Source: Calcarisporiella thermophila CBS 279.70 (taxonomy: Eukaryota; Fungi; Calcarisporiellomycota). Taken from it: DNA of 64,000 nucleotides. Positions 24,908 to 38,077 of this stretch are shown piece by piece. The stretch spans positions 1,629,688 through 1,693,687 of the forward strand of contig NW_027192191.1 in the NCBI RefSeq assembly GCF_041956535.1, read 5' to 3'. Below the pieces are notes generated by a model. That model had not been told where the DNA came from. It did no database searches and saw nothing but the letters and a program-made list of their open reading frames with translations. The stretch's first letter is position 1, and each line of letters opens with the position of its first letter. A program made the position numbers and the translations under genes.

Positions 24908-26560
24908 TCAAAAGAATCTTTGATTTGCTCGCTGATTTGGTGCACTTGCAACCAGTGGGTCCAAATCGAGCAGGGCCGACTCCTGGGATTTCTTCCTATT
25001 ACCGACTGATGTGGTGTCTTTTTGGGGGACAGGGGGAGGGGGGATAGAGAACGTGGCAGGCATGGACGTGGCAGCCTGAACAAACTCCCCAAATCCGCCT
25101 TCGTCTTCTTGTTGAGATGTGAATGGTTGATTTCCTACACCAGTTAGAGGGCCGCTCGTGGTTCTAGGAGGTTGAGGGGGCTGATTCAAGGAGAGATCTA
25201 ATACGATACATGCATTTACAGATATATGCAAAATTGGTAAATAAATGTATTTAGGAGGATAACTTCGATTATACCTTTCATATATCCTTCCAGAGTATTC
25301 AAAGGCGGTTTTTGTTGAAGGTTCTCATACAATTGCGGTTGGAAGGAAGAATTAGATCCTAGTGTAATTAGGAGTATTTAAAGTGCAAGGGAGGATAAAG
25401 CAGAGATGATCTTGATATATTACCGGAAAGTTTTGTATCTTTTGTAAGATCGCTTCTCGCGCTGGTGGTTCCCCATAGATCCATTAACTCGGCTATTCCA
25501 GAGCTCACCGGTGTGATGTTTTTTCTCTGTGAATTCGTTACACGAGTTTGGAAAGGAGGAGATTTTGGAGAGCTTGTGCTCTTTGGTGATTGCTGTCGAG
25601 TCCAGTCAAATGACGCGTAAGCAGGAGCCGTCTGAGGGCCATTGTTAGGGGTAGTGATAGTAAATGGGATTGAGATTCGTAAAGGGTAATTTGTGTTTGG
25701 AGGGGCCGGAGCTGGGGCCGGAGCTGAGGCAGAATTAGGGGCATCCCAGTCGCTCAGTAAATCGCCAGTAGGCACGCTATTAATCTCTTTTACCTATTAT
25801 TATATGGAATGAAGTAAAATCCCTCCCAGTCGTGCAGCCGTATCTTTGGGTAGTGCTTACATGTGGCACACTCTTTGTTCTAGGTCGATCAGGTGCTCTT
25901 TGCGTCGGAGACTGAGTTCTAGTCTCATCTGACTCCTCTCCCTGCCGTACCATCGCCCTCACCGTCTGTTGCATGGCTCCAAGAGCCTCTTTATCTACCC
26001 ACTTCAATTCCACGTATTTTTGTCTCATAAAATCGCGCACTGCTTCGTTACCCTCGGGTTCAGGAAGCTTGTGGTTGTATTTAGAGAGCCAAACTCGTAG
26101 TCCGAACTTCATTTTCATAGCATTCTTAGGAATGAAGCACTGCAAGTGAAGAAATTCTGGGAAAACCTACCTGATTGCCATACATTTGGAGACAGTCAAC
26201 TTCATGTTGTGTAAAATTCGATGCCGAGACAGACTTGACACGATGCCCAAATTCTCGTCTATTGTCCAAGGTTATTTTATCACTTATTCCAGCTACGAAT
26301 CATATAACCCTTACACTAAGCCTGAGCACCGCGGGCATATGAATGTCCAGGTGTGTAAATTGGCATACACAGGGCTCTAAGCACAGGGCCAGGCGTGAGC
26401 GAAACCAAATAATTGTCGTGGGGAAAATGAAAAGTACCTTGGAAGGGCAGTCAAAACATTTCCTGTTCTGAGGTAACTTGATCAGTTCTCGCACTCTGCG
26501 TAGATTTAGGTCGTCTTGTGGGGGCGAATGAAAATGTATTTGCAGGGAATGACGCTTCAT
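24908..26560 (-). CDS. ArfGAP-domain protein (AGFG1/Gts1-like); multi-exon
   Basis: NRKCFDC...TFICPRCSGL zinc finger, HRVKSVS, FMRQKYVELKW. The low-complexity tail carries GFGEF (adaptor-ear-binding-like) and LLDLD (clathrin-box-like) motifs. The 3' end is approximate. Confidence 0.8.
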
Positions 26561-26975
26561 ATTTTTGCCCTGTATTCAAAATTGGTGGGAGTTTGGCCTT
26601 AATACGAAACCTACGAAAAGAGGAGGTGGAGATTCGAACGTTAAGATTTTCTTTGCCACCTTTTAATACAAAAGTGATTTGTCATTTGACTGGACAGATA
26701 TCCAAGCCGCGAGAAAACTCAAAAACACCTTAAGCCATCGAGCAATCCACTTTGTTATTAACCTCCATGATGACTTTATTGCAACACTACCATCGAAGCA
26801 CAAATGATCATTCTAGAAAAAAATGTATGCAGAATGGATTCGAGCATGTAGCATGGTTGTAAAACAAGTGGAACTTAGTCGTATTTTATTGAACTGCTAG
26901 AATGATAATTTAAAGAAATATTCGAAACACTATAAAATGACTCAAAGGCGAGGTTTAAGTTAGTAGAGCTTAGGG

Positions 26976-27353
26976 CTAATCCAGTAATCTATCCAGTACA
27001 CGCCGGGTTCTGTTCCTGTCCCCACAAGTGCAGTTCACGTAAAATACTCGTCCACCGCTAGTCGAACAACGATCTTGCTCTGACGCTATGTAGTTGTTCT
27101 GTGAGCAGAGATCGTCACAGGCGTTCAGAAACCGGTTGCAGAAAGAGTTGGCCATACTTCGTGGGGGAACGACTCTCGTGTTTCTAAAATTTTTTCGACT
27201 CTTTTCCCAGAGCGACGGGTTTTGCAATATGGGACCGAGGATATTGTCAAGCAAAGAGTCAAGATTAAGTCTCTTCTCGTGCGGCAGCGCTATCGCACTC
27301 CCCAGAGAGACAACAGTGGCCAAAATTGTGTAGATAAGGAGAATATATTGCAT
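26976..27353 (-). CDS. Small secreted Cys-rich protein with a Kex2-type KR site
   Basis: Signal peptide, ALPHEKR pro-region, 6 Cys in the C-terminal half (FCNRFLNACDDLC...C...CTC). Confidence 0.78.
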   Translation of the reverse strand: MQYILLIYTILATVVSLGSAIALPHEKRLNLDSLLDNILGPILQNPSLWEKSRKNFRNTRVVPPRSMANSFCNRFLNACDDLCSQNNYIASEQDRCSTSGGRVFYVNCTCGDRNRTRRVLDRLLD

Positions 27354-27807
27354 ATATGAGGTGGTATATAGCTAAAGATTGCAAGGATTGCGACAAGAAA
27401 TATGGGGAGATGCAAATTTTTAAAGAAGAGCAATCTGTTTGACCCTAAAGAGAAGCTTTTTAGGCCAAGAGCAGGGCCGGGCAAAAAAACAACGGTTGGA
27501 CAAAAGTGAAATCAAAATTATGAAACGGCCGTCATCGAAATATATTTCCAGGCCCATCGTCAACCAAGAGTTTAAATATTTTCTTGTTGATTCCCTGCAT
27601 TATTTGCGGTTGGGTTGTGAAGCCCCTGCAGCATGCTCCAATGCTTCTTTTTGATCTCTCTGATCGTGTCTCGAAGCGCTTGGCCTAGCCAAAAAAATTA
27701 AAAATTAGTTTGAAAAATTTCTAGACGATACTGAAGTCTTAATAAAAAAAAGCCCTTTCTTTCTATCTTTTCTTTATCGTTGTAATGGCATAATGTTCTA
27801 CTCAGTC

Positions 27808-28200
27808 TTACTTACTATATCCAATGTCGTTAATTTTCAATTCTTTCATCATTCTGTCCTCGCTCACTGCGTAGTATAAGAACTCCTCAAGAAGGCGCAT
27901 ATTGTCGACCCGTTTTTGGTTAGCGCGAATACGATTCTTGATCATCATGCTCACCCATGTCGGTTGGGGCTTAGTACGGAGCAGTGTCAATCCATTCTGA
28001 ATAGTGATTTGTTTGATCCGTCTGCGTTTACGAAGAGAATTTTCCGTAGGCTCTAGTGAAGAAGAATGCTCTGCAGGGGCGGTGGATTTATTATTTAATG
28101 GAATAGAATAAGCTCGTCTTGAGGAAACAAGAGAAAGCAAATGAGCCCAATAACAGTGCGTTGAGACCTGTAGTGCGTGCGCTCTTAACTTGATCAACAT
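27808..28200 (-). CDS. Probable small mitochondrial protein of unknown function (may have a further 3' exon)
   Basis: Basic presequence-like N-terminus and LRTKPQPTWVSMMIKNRIRANQKR motif. The ORF ends at a GTAAGT-like donor, so the end is uncertain. Confidence 0.45.
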   Translation of the reverse strand: MLIKLRAHALQVSTHCYWAHLLSLVSSRRAYSIPLNNKSTAPAEHSSSLEPTENSLRKRRRIKQITIQNGLTLLRTKPQPTWVSMMIKNRIRANQKRVDNMRLLEEFLYYAVSEDRMMKELKINDIGYSK

Positions 28201-28287
28201 TTGAATAGGAAGAAATGGGAGGATATGAAAAATAGTCACACTATTATTTCATTCTGGTTGTTTTTTCGCTATACAATAGAATTTAAA

Positions 28288-29212
28288 ATGCTACGGCATT
28301 TTTCTTCTGCATGTCAACCCACTCGCCATATACTCAATACCCTGCCCTATATCCATCTTGGCCGAATTCCATATCTCAAAGCTCTAGACCTACAGCGTTT
28401 CCTAGTTGAGAAGAGATTAAGATCCAGGGATGTACTCAAACATACCCCCGAGCTCGCAACTCCAGAGACGGTGACATGGGCGGACACGGATTTATTGCTA
28501 TTATTAGAACACCCTCCTACGTACACCATGGGGAGGAGAGGAAGAGCAGGATTAACTGATCATGATTTAAAGAGGTTAGAACAACTTGGAGCAGAGTATT
28601 ATGAGGTTGATTCAAAGGCAGAATTGGACATGGTGAACACTCTCTAACTATTTCTTTATTAGACATTACGAGGAGGATTAATAACATTTCATGGACCTGG
28701 GCAATTGGTTGCATATCCCCTTATTGATATTCGCAATTTCCAGGTGATTAAATTACAGTAGTAACTATCGCTTTTTTCAAATTGAAATCTCATTCCCGAA
28801 ATCCTAGCTATCGTCTCGTTGCTATGTTTCCCACTTAGAACGAACTATAATAGATACCTGTTCGCAGTTTCAAGTCCCTGCCATGACCACCGAACATACA
28901 GGCGTATGGGTCGATGACAAGCACAAAATTGCTGCTATCGGTGTCCATTTGCAGCGATATGTTACTTCCCATGGTATTGCCCTAAACTGCTCTACGGATT
29001 TGCAATGGTTCAAGCATGTGGCTGCTTGTGGGCTAGTCGACAAGGAGACAACCTCGCTTTCTCGCGAGCTCGGGAAAAAAATAGAGGTGGAAGAAGTATT
29101 GCCAGCATTTTGCAAGAGTTTTGGAAGCGTGTTTGGAGCTAACATGATAGAAATGGGGAGTTCAGAGGCCCAATTTGGGATGATCAAGGAGGAAATACTA
29201 AAAAAAATATAG
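28288..29212 (+). CDS. LIP2: Lipoyl(octanoyl) transferase LipB/Lip2; 3 exons
   Basis: [44 protein letters not shown]...TSHGIALN and ACGL. Confidence 0.95.
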
Positions 29213-30029
29213 AATGTTAGGCCGATGATGAGTCGAATTGTTGAAAACCAATTTTACACTATACTGTTGGTTCGTTCGTTTAAGTATTATTTATTAGAGC
29301 ACGCTGTACGTTTAAAGTTCTTGTTCAATCGGAATAAATTGGTCCGAAGAAAATGGGGTGACCGGCCTTATTCGGCCTTATTAAGTTCGTATTGCATTTG
29401 CCATGCGAGTAGGAGAATAGCCCGAAGAATTGCAGATATCTGAAGAGGAGCGCCTATGGAACATCCTTGGGGTCAAGTAGAAAAAACTGCGCTGTTTGCG
29501 CAAGGACCATCCGGGGGAAAGCGGATTTATGTTAAAGTTTCTTGACCAACATGGCTGTGAGTGAACCCCCCGTGATCTTATCGATTCTTCCAAATTGCAG
29601 ATGGGACACAAAGTTCGCGAATGACGGCAAAAAGGGCCTAATTACATGAAAGCGGTACTTTGATTTTGATTAATTAGCCCATTTCTGATCAAGGGCACTA
29701 TCCCTATTACCTAATTCTACAAGTCTTGAGGCGGGTTGCTTGTTTAGAAAACCGCATTAATCTGGATGTTCCCAGGAGTCGAGTCATACAATTTCTTTTT
29801 TATTTATCTAAAGATTTTACTCGTTTTTTTCTTCCTTATTAAATTACCCTTTGATGCTAAATAGAGAAAGTAGGGACCGGTTTTTTCAATCAGCTTGTGA
29901 TAAATTCTTTCACCAAATATCTCCAGGTGGTGAATCCCTATAATTTTCTTTTAATAGTAAATTTCTAACAACAAGAGTTGATTGTTGGAGTAGGGAGCAC
30001 GGCGATAACTTTTCTCCGATTGCAGAAAT

Positions 30030-31949
30030 ATGAATATGGAACTCGATTCGAAAGAAGAAAAGCTCATTGCTTCGCCCGAGGCTCCTTTGTCGGATCGTGC
30101 CAGCAATGCGGAAAAGAAACTTTTGAGAAAACTTGATAAAAGGATCATTCCGGTATTGTATTTACCTCAATGTTTAGCTCCCTATGCTACAACCCTTTTG
30201 CTCTTCCTAGTTTGGAATGCTGGTCAATACCCTCTGTTTTCTCGATCGCGCCAATATATCAAATGTACGGATATTATCAAGTTTTGCTTTTGATACTTTA
30301 ACACCGCCTCTCACTATAGGCAAGGCTGGCAGGACTTGAGAAGGACCTCCATCTCTCTGAGAGGGAATACCTATGGTGTCTAATCATATTCTTTTTCGGG
30401 TTTGCCACTATGGAGATTCCATCAAATATCGCTTTAAAGAGAGTGAGTGCTCTTCATCTTTGAGCATACAAATAGATGAAAATATTAAATGGGGGACTAA
30501 TGCTTTACTCCAAGTTCCGCCCTTCGCGCTGGTTAGCTTTTATCATGGTTGGGTGGGGGGCTGTGGCGACGTGCATGGCTTTTGTTTCGGATTTTCGAGG
30601 TTTACTAGTGACCCGATTGTAAGGCAAATGTGTCTCGACAAGAAACCATTGAATAAACTATAGACATACACGCATCTCTACAGAATTCTCGGGATATTCG
30701 AGAGCGGGACATTTCCGGGTCTCATTTATTGTAAACAATGCAATTCTCGCTGTCAACGTATATAGCTACAACTTATTTCTCCTCTAAAAAATAGATCTTA
30801 CACTTTGGTATAGAAGACATGAAATTGCCTATCGACTGGCCTATATATTCGGTGGAGCCAACCTTGCAGGTGCTTTTGGCGGAATGATAGCTTTTGGATT
30901 AACGCGATTGACTGAGCCGCTTCGACCGTGGCAATGGCTGTTCCTGATTGAAGGAATTCCGAATTTTATAGTGGCCGTGCTCACCTTTTATTTTCTTCCG
31001 GATTTTCCCTCTGCAGCGACGTTTTTGTCCGATGAGGAGCGTGAACTCGCTTTAGCGAGATTGAAGAAGGATGCAGAGTTTGCCGAGAACGAGATGACAC
31101 GAGTAAACTGGAAGTGGGTTTTAGAGGTATTCAAGGAGGCCAGAACCTATATTTACGGCGCAATGTCTCCTACATTTGTACTGCCTATCTATGCGGTGAC
31201 TTTATTTCTTCCGTCCATCATTAATCGTATGTATATGAATTCCTCGCCATTCTCGACATGTTTACATGTTAATTATTTTATGTTTCAGAAATGGGATTTG
31301 ATGCCCTTACTTCCCAGGCTCTTACAGCAGCACCCAATATAGTGGCATGCTTTCTTACCATTGCGGTTGCTCTTCATTCTGACTACCGCTTTGAGCGCGG
31401 ATTTCATGTTGCTGGTGTCGCGACGGTGGGAGCGACTGGATTCCTAATATTAATATTATCCAGGAATAATGCAGTGCGCTATTTTGCCATGTTCTTGGTC
31501 ACATTTGGCGTTTTTGCATCGACGGCGCCTTTATTGACCTGGGTGGCTTCCAATTATTATCCTGCGGAAAAGAGAGCCGTAGGAATCGGATTTGTTATCA
31601 CTACCGGAAACGTATTCGGCTCGGTTGGGACTCAAGTCTACCGTAATGATGACCAACCTAATTATGGTAATAACAAAACAAAATGCCAATTATCGATATT
31701 AAGATGGTACTCTCTTCATTGCTTATGGTGTGAGCTTTTTCTTTGTTAGTACGCGGTCATATTATTTGCTTTTCGGTCATGTGCCTAACTATAGTGTTCG
31801 CGTTGCTCCAAAAGTTGCATCTCTTTACGGTCAACCGAAGCCGAGAAAGAAAAATGCTAAATCCTTCTCAATCTGAACTCCATTCCGAAGAGCAAGAAAG
31901 GGCGCAAGAGATGACGGATCGCGACATTCGTTTTCGATTCGCTTTGTAA
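30030..31949 (+). CDS. MFS transporter, anion:cation symporter (allantoate/nicotinate permease, TNA1/DAL5-like) family
   Basis: EKKLLRKLDKRIIP, FLDRANI.NARLAGLEKDL, EIPSNI, WQWLFLIEG, LPDFP..A.FLSDEER, SD...ERGFH and terminal FRFAL. Confidence 0.92.
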
Positions 31950-32389
31950 CCATCAAAACTTAACTTAAATATATAATAAATAGCTCTCCACATTTGAAGA
32001 GGGACCATTTGGATAATATTCAAGATATATATTTAGCTTTGGTCTACGCTTAATGGCCTTAAGATACACGTATCTTATCGATCATGTAGCTTTGTTTTTA
32101 GGAGAGCGAAAGTCATATTGCGTCTTGACGCTCATAGCATCAAAAATATAAATTAGCACTGAGAGTTTTCGATCATTTGATATTTGATTAATTGCATCAG
32201 ATATGTTATTCAAAAACTGACCATCTGTCTGTATAACCGCAAATCGCAAAAGCAAAGCAGCCATAGCGAGATATAAAGAGTGCTTGTTTCTATTAGTAAC
32301 AACAAAAAAAAAGAACGACATTCATAACGACCAACAATAAATTATATGTGTATATAGGAGAAGGTATAAATGGGAAAAGTTGAGTTCAG

Positions 32390-33912
32390 CTATATCTCCA
32401 TTGAAATTAAATGAGAACGTACAATGCATTTTTTCTTTAACTTACGGACTGAGGTTTTCTGGACCTCTTTTTCCGTCTCTACACGGATATTAAATAATAT
32501 TAATATAAGCAGGGAATATAAACACCGCCGAAATGCACTTACAGTTTTCCGAACAGGTGGCTCGTTTGTAATTGTATACTCATTCCCTGTCGACTCCGTC
32601 ACCTGCCCTTCTTTATTTGTTTCAATTTCTTTCTGTGCTGCCAGTTTTCGCTGCATTTCCCGTTCCAGTTGAGTCCATTTAGGCAGAGTCAAAGTCGATG
32701 GAATATACAGCTTGTCCATTTCGCGGTATTCGTTCAATCTTTGGCGGCAGAGTGCATCTTGGTGTGTCATTATCCCATGGTGCTGCGGCGTGTCCTCACA
32801 CAAGTAGCCCATCTTTGTTGCAAGGAGAGTAAGGGCGGCCTGATCCTGCCGGTGATTTTCTCTAGAGCTCCCTTCAGGAGCAATACATGCATGCTCATGT
32901 GAGCATGCAACCCATGGCCGTAAAAGTTGATCCATTATGGTTGTATTGCTAGCATCAAAGGCAAGCGCAGCCCCATTGCAATTGGGGTTTTTGGCGTATT
33001 TTCCAGGATTTTCATGGTAGTAAGCAAACATTCCCTAAGTGGCAGTTGAATGAGATTTGGCTGAATCTAGTATATGATAAAAACAGATCGGTTATGCTTA
33101 CAGGATGAACCCATTGCTTCATGGTTCCGCTGGATCGCGCAGACCAAAAGCCATATTTCTGTAGATATCCTGGAATCCATTTAAAGAAGCTAAGTTGTGC
33201 CCTGTCACCTGCGTCCATCCACACGACACGTCCGCCAAATCGCTGTGTCATTTCAAATATTATCCCACTCTTCCACGCGTATTCTCCTCTCGGAGTTACT
33301 ACTGGGTTCCAGAAAGCGGGATAGCGTGAAAAATCAAAGAGAACGTATTCTTGTATGCGCCCATGCTGTTGGAGATTTTTAAGGACTTCAACTTGTCTAG
33401 GATGCAGTCCAAGATCGTAGATGATAACGCGGGGACGCTCGCCATCAGGAAGCTGTGATGTGACATCATATAATGTGTATATAAATGCTTCTAGCTCACA
33501 AAAATGGCCTACGCTGGCTGCGGAGACAATAGTGAAAGCCCAACCGTCGTCTTTTAATTTCTCATCAGCGAACGTATTTTCGTTTTGCTCCACAGCATTC
33601 GAGTTGTGTTCATTCTCTCCCTTCACCTCAGCCCCATCTAATGGAGTAAGAGATTGCTTTGGTACGTCGGTTGATGTCGAAGGGGGGCAATTTCCCGTAT
33701 CACATTGGGTTAAATGATTGGCTCGAAAATAGCCTAAGCATTAGATAATTAAATGAAATGTTTAATCAATTCAATAACCATAGCTGAGTCTCTATCATCT
33801 ATAATATACCTATCCATTCGTCCCATTCACCATTGAATATAAAATTGCATAATAAGATGATTCCAATAACGAACACAGATATTTGAAGAGTCAAGTAGCG
33901 TTTTGATTTCAT
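32390..33912 (-). CDS. Type II membrane protein with a DUF1647-like (glycosyltransferase-like) domain
   Basis: N-terminal TM (MKSKRYLTLQISVFVIGIILLCNFIF), IVSAASVGHF, IIYDLGL, YAWK, WMDAG, CIAPEGSSRENHRQDQAALT. The 3' end is approximate. Confidence 0.7.
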
Positions 33913-34116
33913 TGCATATTAATGAGTAGAAAGACGTTAGTGGGATGGATAAAAGCAGAAAAGAATGCTATGGGTTGTCAGGTATTAATACACTATGGTC
34001 GGAAGGGGAAAAGAAATTTTATTTATGTAAAACCTTCTATGTGGAACATGCCCTATGTGAAATATCAAATCCCGCAGTAGGATCTGAAGCATACGCGAAA
34101 CAGTCCAATTTTCAAT

Positions 34117-34936
34117 TTACGCTTTAGAGCGCTCGCGATAGAGCTCCTCTACCCATTCGCATACGTTTGGGTGAGTAAACACTCCACGTGTTGATGCAAA
34201 GAAAGGCTCCAAATCTTTTCCGTCAGCTTGAACGCAAAATCGAATACCAAGTTAGAAATGAAAGGAGAATCGAGATAGGATGATCCCCTATCAATAAAGA
34301 AGCTCTTACATTTCTCATACTCAAGCGCTTGCACAATCATTTCGAATTTGTCGAGGTCTTTCACAAGTTTTGCTTCAGGTGTCTCACCCTGCTCATATTC
34401 CTTCCAAAGGGAAACCATTTCGAGAGCTGACGCCGAGTGTCCAAGAAGCTCGCACATGTTCTCCATAGCTTCCTGCAAATATTTAGATTTAATCAGATAA
34501 TTAAAGTCTTTGACGTCTAGTGTATACAGTAAATCATGTTCTATATAGAGAAATCAAATAATCTTCATATACCTCTTCCATACGATACTTTTCCTCTTTG
34601 CTAACACCGTCATAAGGTGTTATATCTCCAACAATGCTCTCTGCTAAATCATGGACAATGGCCATCTTTACGCATCTAAACAAAAACAAAGGTATTTCGT
34701 TCATGTATTACATTTTATTTGGCTTGGGAGAGAAAACATCAATTTCATTACTTGTTTTTGTCGAGGCTCGGATCCTCTATCAGCATGGCCATTATTCCCA
34801 TACGATGCATGTGATCTGCTATGGATTCTGGCTCTCGTATTGCATTATTCACCCATCCAGTACGTTTTGTGCGCTTCAACTTCTCGATGGTGTGAAAAAA
34901 GTCTAATGTGCCAGCATTCGATCCCTTTGTTGTCAT
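34117..34936 (-). CDS. HDDC2: HD-domain 5'-deoxynucleotidase (HDDC2/YGK1 family)
   Basis: [36 protein letters not shown] and [19 protein letters not shown]. Confidence 0.93.
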
Positions 34937-35095
34937 GACTTGAGTCTGGATTTGTTGAAAGCCCTTATCACAGAAACTAGGCCGAGAAATTCGAGCAAGT
35001 CACAGGCAGTCACATTTCTAACTATGGCTTTTGTATTATCCAAAATTTGGAAAGAATGGATAATGATATCGAAAATTTATTTGTTTTTCAACTAT

Positions 35096-37170
35096 TTACA
35101 TGATCGGGGTAATTTCATAGAAGAGACAGGCATTCGTTGAACTACCTTCCCAACCCCTGTTCCCCGATGCGCTCACCATAAATCTGCATGTTGGGTCGAA
35201 TACTGAACGGTAAAAGAGAGAAAAACAAAGTTGCAAGAGCTAATTAGTAAGAGAAAGGCCCTGTGAAAATAGTTGTACTCACATATTTGGGAAATCATCC
35301 CACCATGGTGTCCAGGAACAATTTGGAATGGTATGGACCGAGATTTAACGCTGTCATCGGCCAGATTCCACAATCGAATATTGTCCGTCGAAGCACTGAG
35401 CGCAAAGCAAGAGGAATATAAAAATGGATTTCACAACAGATTAGATATCACTGTCGCTTTTTACCATATGATGTTTTTTCCGTTGGGCATACTGGCAACA
35501 TAGGACACAGGACCTGAATTGGTGGGCATCCGTATAGAACGCAGAAGCTTCTGTTCACCTAAATCCCACTCGTCAACTAAACAAAAGACATTAAAATTAA
35601 TATCCAACCATTAGAGCCATTGATGGATTTGGTTAATACCGGTTCCATTTCGCCTCCCCACATAAATCTTTTTCCCATCCACGCTCCAACATGTCGACAC
35701 ACACCAGGGAGGAACTCGTTCTGGTGAGCCGAAACGTGTCACTAAAACAGGCTCCGGAGCCCGTCTATCCCATACAAAACTCTGACCATCTATAGCAGAA
35801 CCAAGTAGAAGATTGCTACGTTCACTCTCACTACCACTGGCATTCTCGGAGAACTCTCCATCCATGCTATCAGGCACATTCGAACTTGCAGTGGAAATGG
35901 TTGGCTGAAAACTGATGGATGTGATCTGAGAAGTAGGCCCAGGATAGTTGCGGATGCATGCACCGGTTTCTAAATCCCAATGCTAACAGACAGAAAGTTT
36001 ATCAAGATTTTGGCAAATTTTTTCAATTTGAAAAGCTGTAAAATACTTACGAGGATCTGCTTATCCCATGAACCACTCACCATCTCCAGCTCATCAGGAG
36101 TAATCTTAAGAACGGAAACAGGCGCAGTATGCCCACGAAATACATAGTGGCATTTTCCCATATCATGTCGAACTGTCCATAAATTAATTGCCCCTGACTA
36201 ATAATAGATATGGTAGAAGTAAAATTGGTACCGAAAAGGAGCAACGTTTGCCTTGTTATTATAAATGGATTACCTCAAGGCCAGTGACAGCCCACACTGC
36301 CTCCGAATGCACATCAATACTGTATACAGGTGTTAAACGTAGTTCAGGATCTGCTAGTGCATCAGCCGGCTTCTCTCCAAGAGTAGCAGATTCTCCTTCA
36401 GCTGTAGAAGCTTCACCCGTAGCTGCAGCATTTTCTTCTTATAACGTCGTTGAAAATATTTGAACCTTACGTATTTAAAAAAAAATATTTACCGTTGGGG
36501 GATGTTTGTTCTTCATTGTCCCAGTAGCCAAGAGGTACACCAGACTATAATATAAACACACGTTAATTAAATCAACAAATAAAAAGTTTAAAATAAAATA
36601 GATAATGAGGTTAGAAGAGAGCCATTACCTTTGTCACTGATTCAACAAATGCATGTCTCTGTGCCTGAGTGAGCGGGGTCTTGCCATTCATTGTGCCGTA
36701 AAAATCCCATTTTCTAACATAGCCATCCTCGGACCCTGTGAATACCCATTGAAAGTCACGTGTTGCAGCAAGAGAATGGATATGTGAAGGATGCAAGGCA
36801 GCAGCCTATGTATTGTAATAATTCATATAAAGCAGGTACCAAAATTATTGAGAATGTAAAATTACGTATGGCACAATATCGTAGGATCGACACACATCTG
36901 CATTTGGTTGAAGTAGAAAAGGCACTCGTTCACGAGTGAGTGTACGTGGAGTAACTGGTCCCGATGGGGCAAAAGTGCTTGTTGGAGTAGTAGGGGCTCG
37001 TGCAGAAGTTAATTCGGAAAATGATTCCTCTGAAAAAAAGAATAGGATTTAGAAGAATAACTTAAACGCATGGAAACAATCTCACCCTTGAGATCATCTT
37101 CTTCAACATCAGATTTAGAAATATCCAGATCTTCTCTAAGATCTACCTCGTCGTCTGAGTAATCGTCCAT
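35096..37170 (-). CDS. SPT8: SAGA complex WD40 subunit Spt8; multi-exon
   Basis: Acidic N-terminus; TGSEDGYVRKWDF...NGKTPLTQAQRH, GYWDNEE, INLWTVRHD.G, VPPWCVSTCWS.DG..IYVGRRNGT, PFQIVPGHHGG and SASGNRGWEG. Confidence 0.92.
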
Positions 37171-37279
37171 GAATAAATTCCATTAAAAAAGTTTAGGAAA
37201 AAAATTTCCACTAAAATTTCGATCCAATTTTCATATGTATAAATATATTCTGATTAAAAATTGGATAAGCAAGATCCTC

Positions 37280-37351
37280 GGCTCAATGGTTTAGTGGTAT
37301 AATTCTCCCTTAGGGTGGGAGAGGTCCTGGGTTCAATTCCCAGTTGAGCCC
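37280..37351 (+). tRNA. tRNA-Pro (anticodon AGG), intronless
   Basis: GGCTCAA/TTGAGCC acceptor stem, D-arm TGGTTTAGTGGTATAAT, anticodon arm CTCCC-TTAGGGT-GGGAG, T-arm CTGGG-TTCAATT-CCCAG, then a T6 Pol III terminator. Confidence 0.96.
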
Positions 37352-38077
37352 GATTTTTTGTAACTATGAAATTAGCTGCATTTGATATGTCATGAAATTT
37401 TTTTCCAACACCGCATCGATTATATAACTATCTTAATCTTAAGCTGATGTACTTGCTATTCACAGGTTATGCTGCTAAGTGTAAGTAGTATAAACATTAT
37501 ATTTATATTTTCAGCGATTCTATTCTTATTCTAGTTCATTGGAGCACCAGTGGGTTGCTACATGTGGTTACATTTTTTTTTTATCCTGCTTCGTAGTTTT
37601 AAAAATTGGTAAATATTGTGTAAACAAGATGTTTATCTTGGTGATTAAACATTTTAGGTTATATATTCGTGTATCTGAAAATCTATATCCATTTTGGAAA
37701 AGCCGAATAAAAGATATGTAAGAGTATGCACAGCAATTCTGCCCAAAAGATTCTACTAACAGGTTGAGAGCTTCATTGATATATTTAAATATTAGTTGTA
37801 ATGCTACTTTATCTCCAGGAGAGTTGTAGAAAAGGATAGCAAGTCTATCTGAACTATACAAATTTAGAGGACAGCTATCCACCTTTTGGTTCACAAAATG
37901 GTGAACGACAAAGAAACGCAAAAATTGATGAAATTCGCGCCATATAATCGTGATTTTGTCACGATTTCGCCATTTCGTCCCTCAGAATTCGAATCCTTAA
38001 TTCATATACAAAATTTTGGATGTCTTCAATCTAAACCCTCAGTTTTCTCTCGACGCTCATATTTTAGATTATTTATC

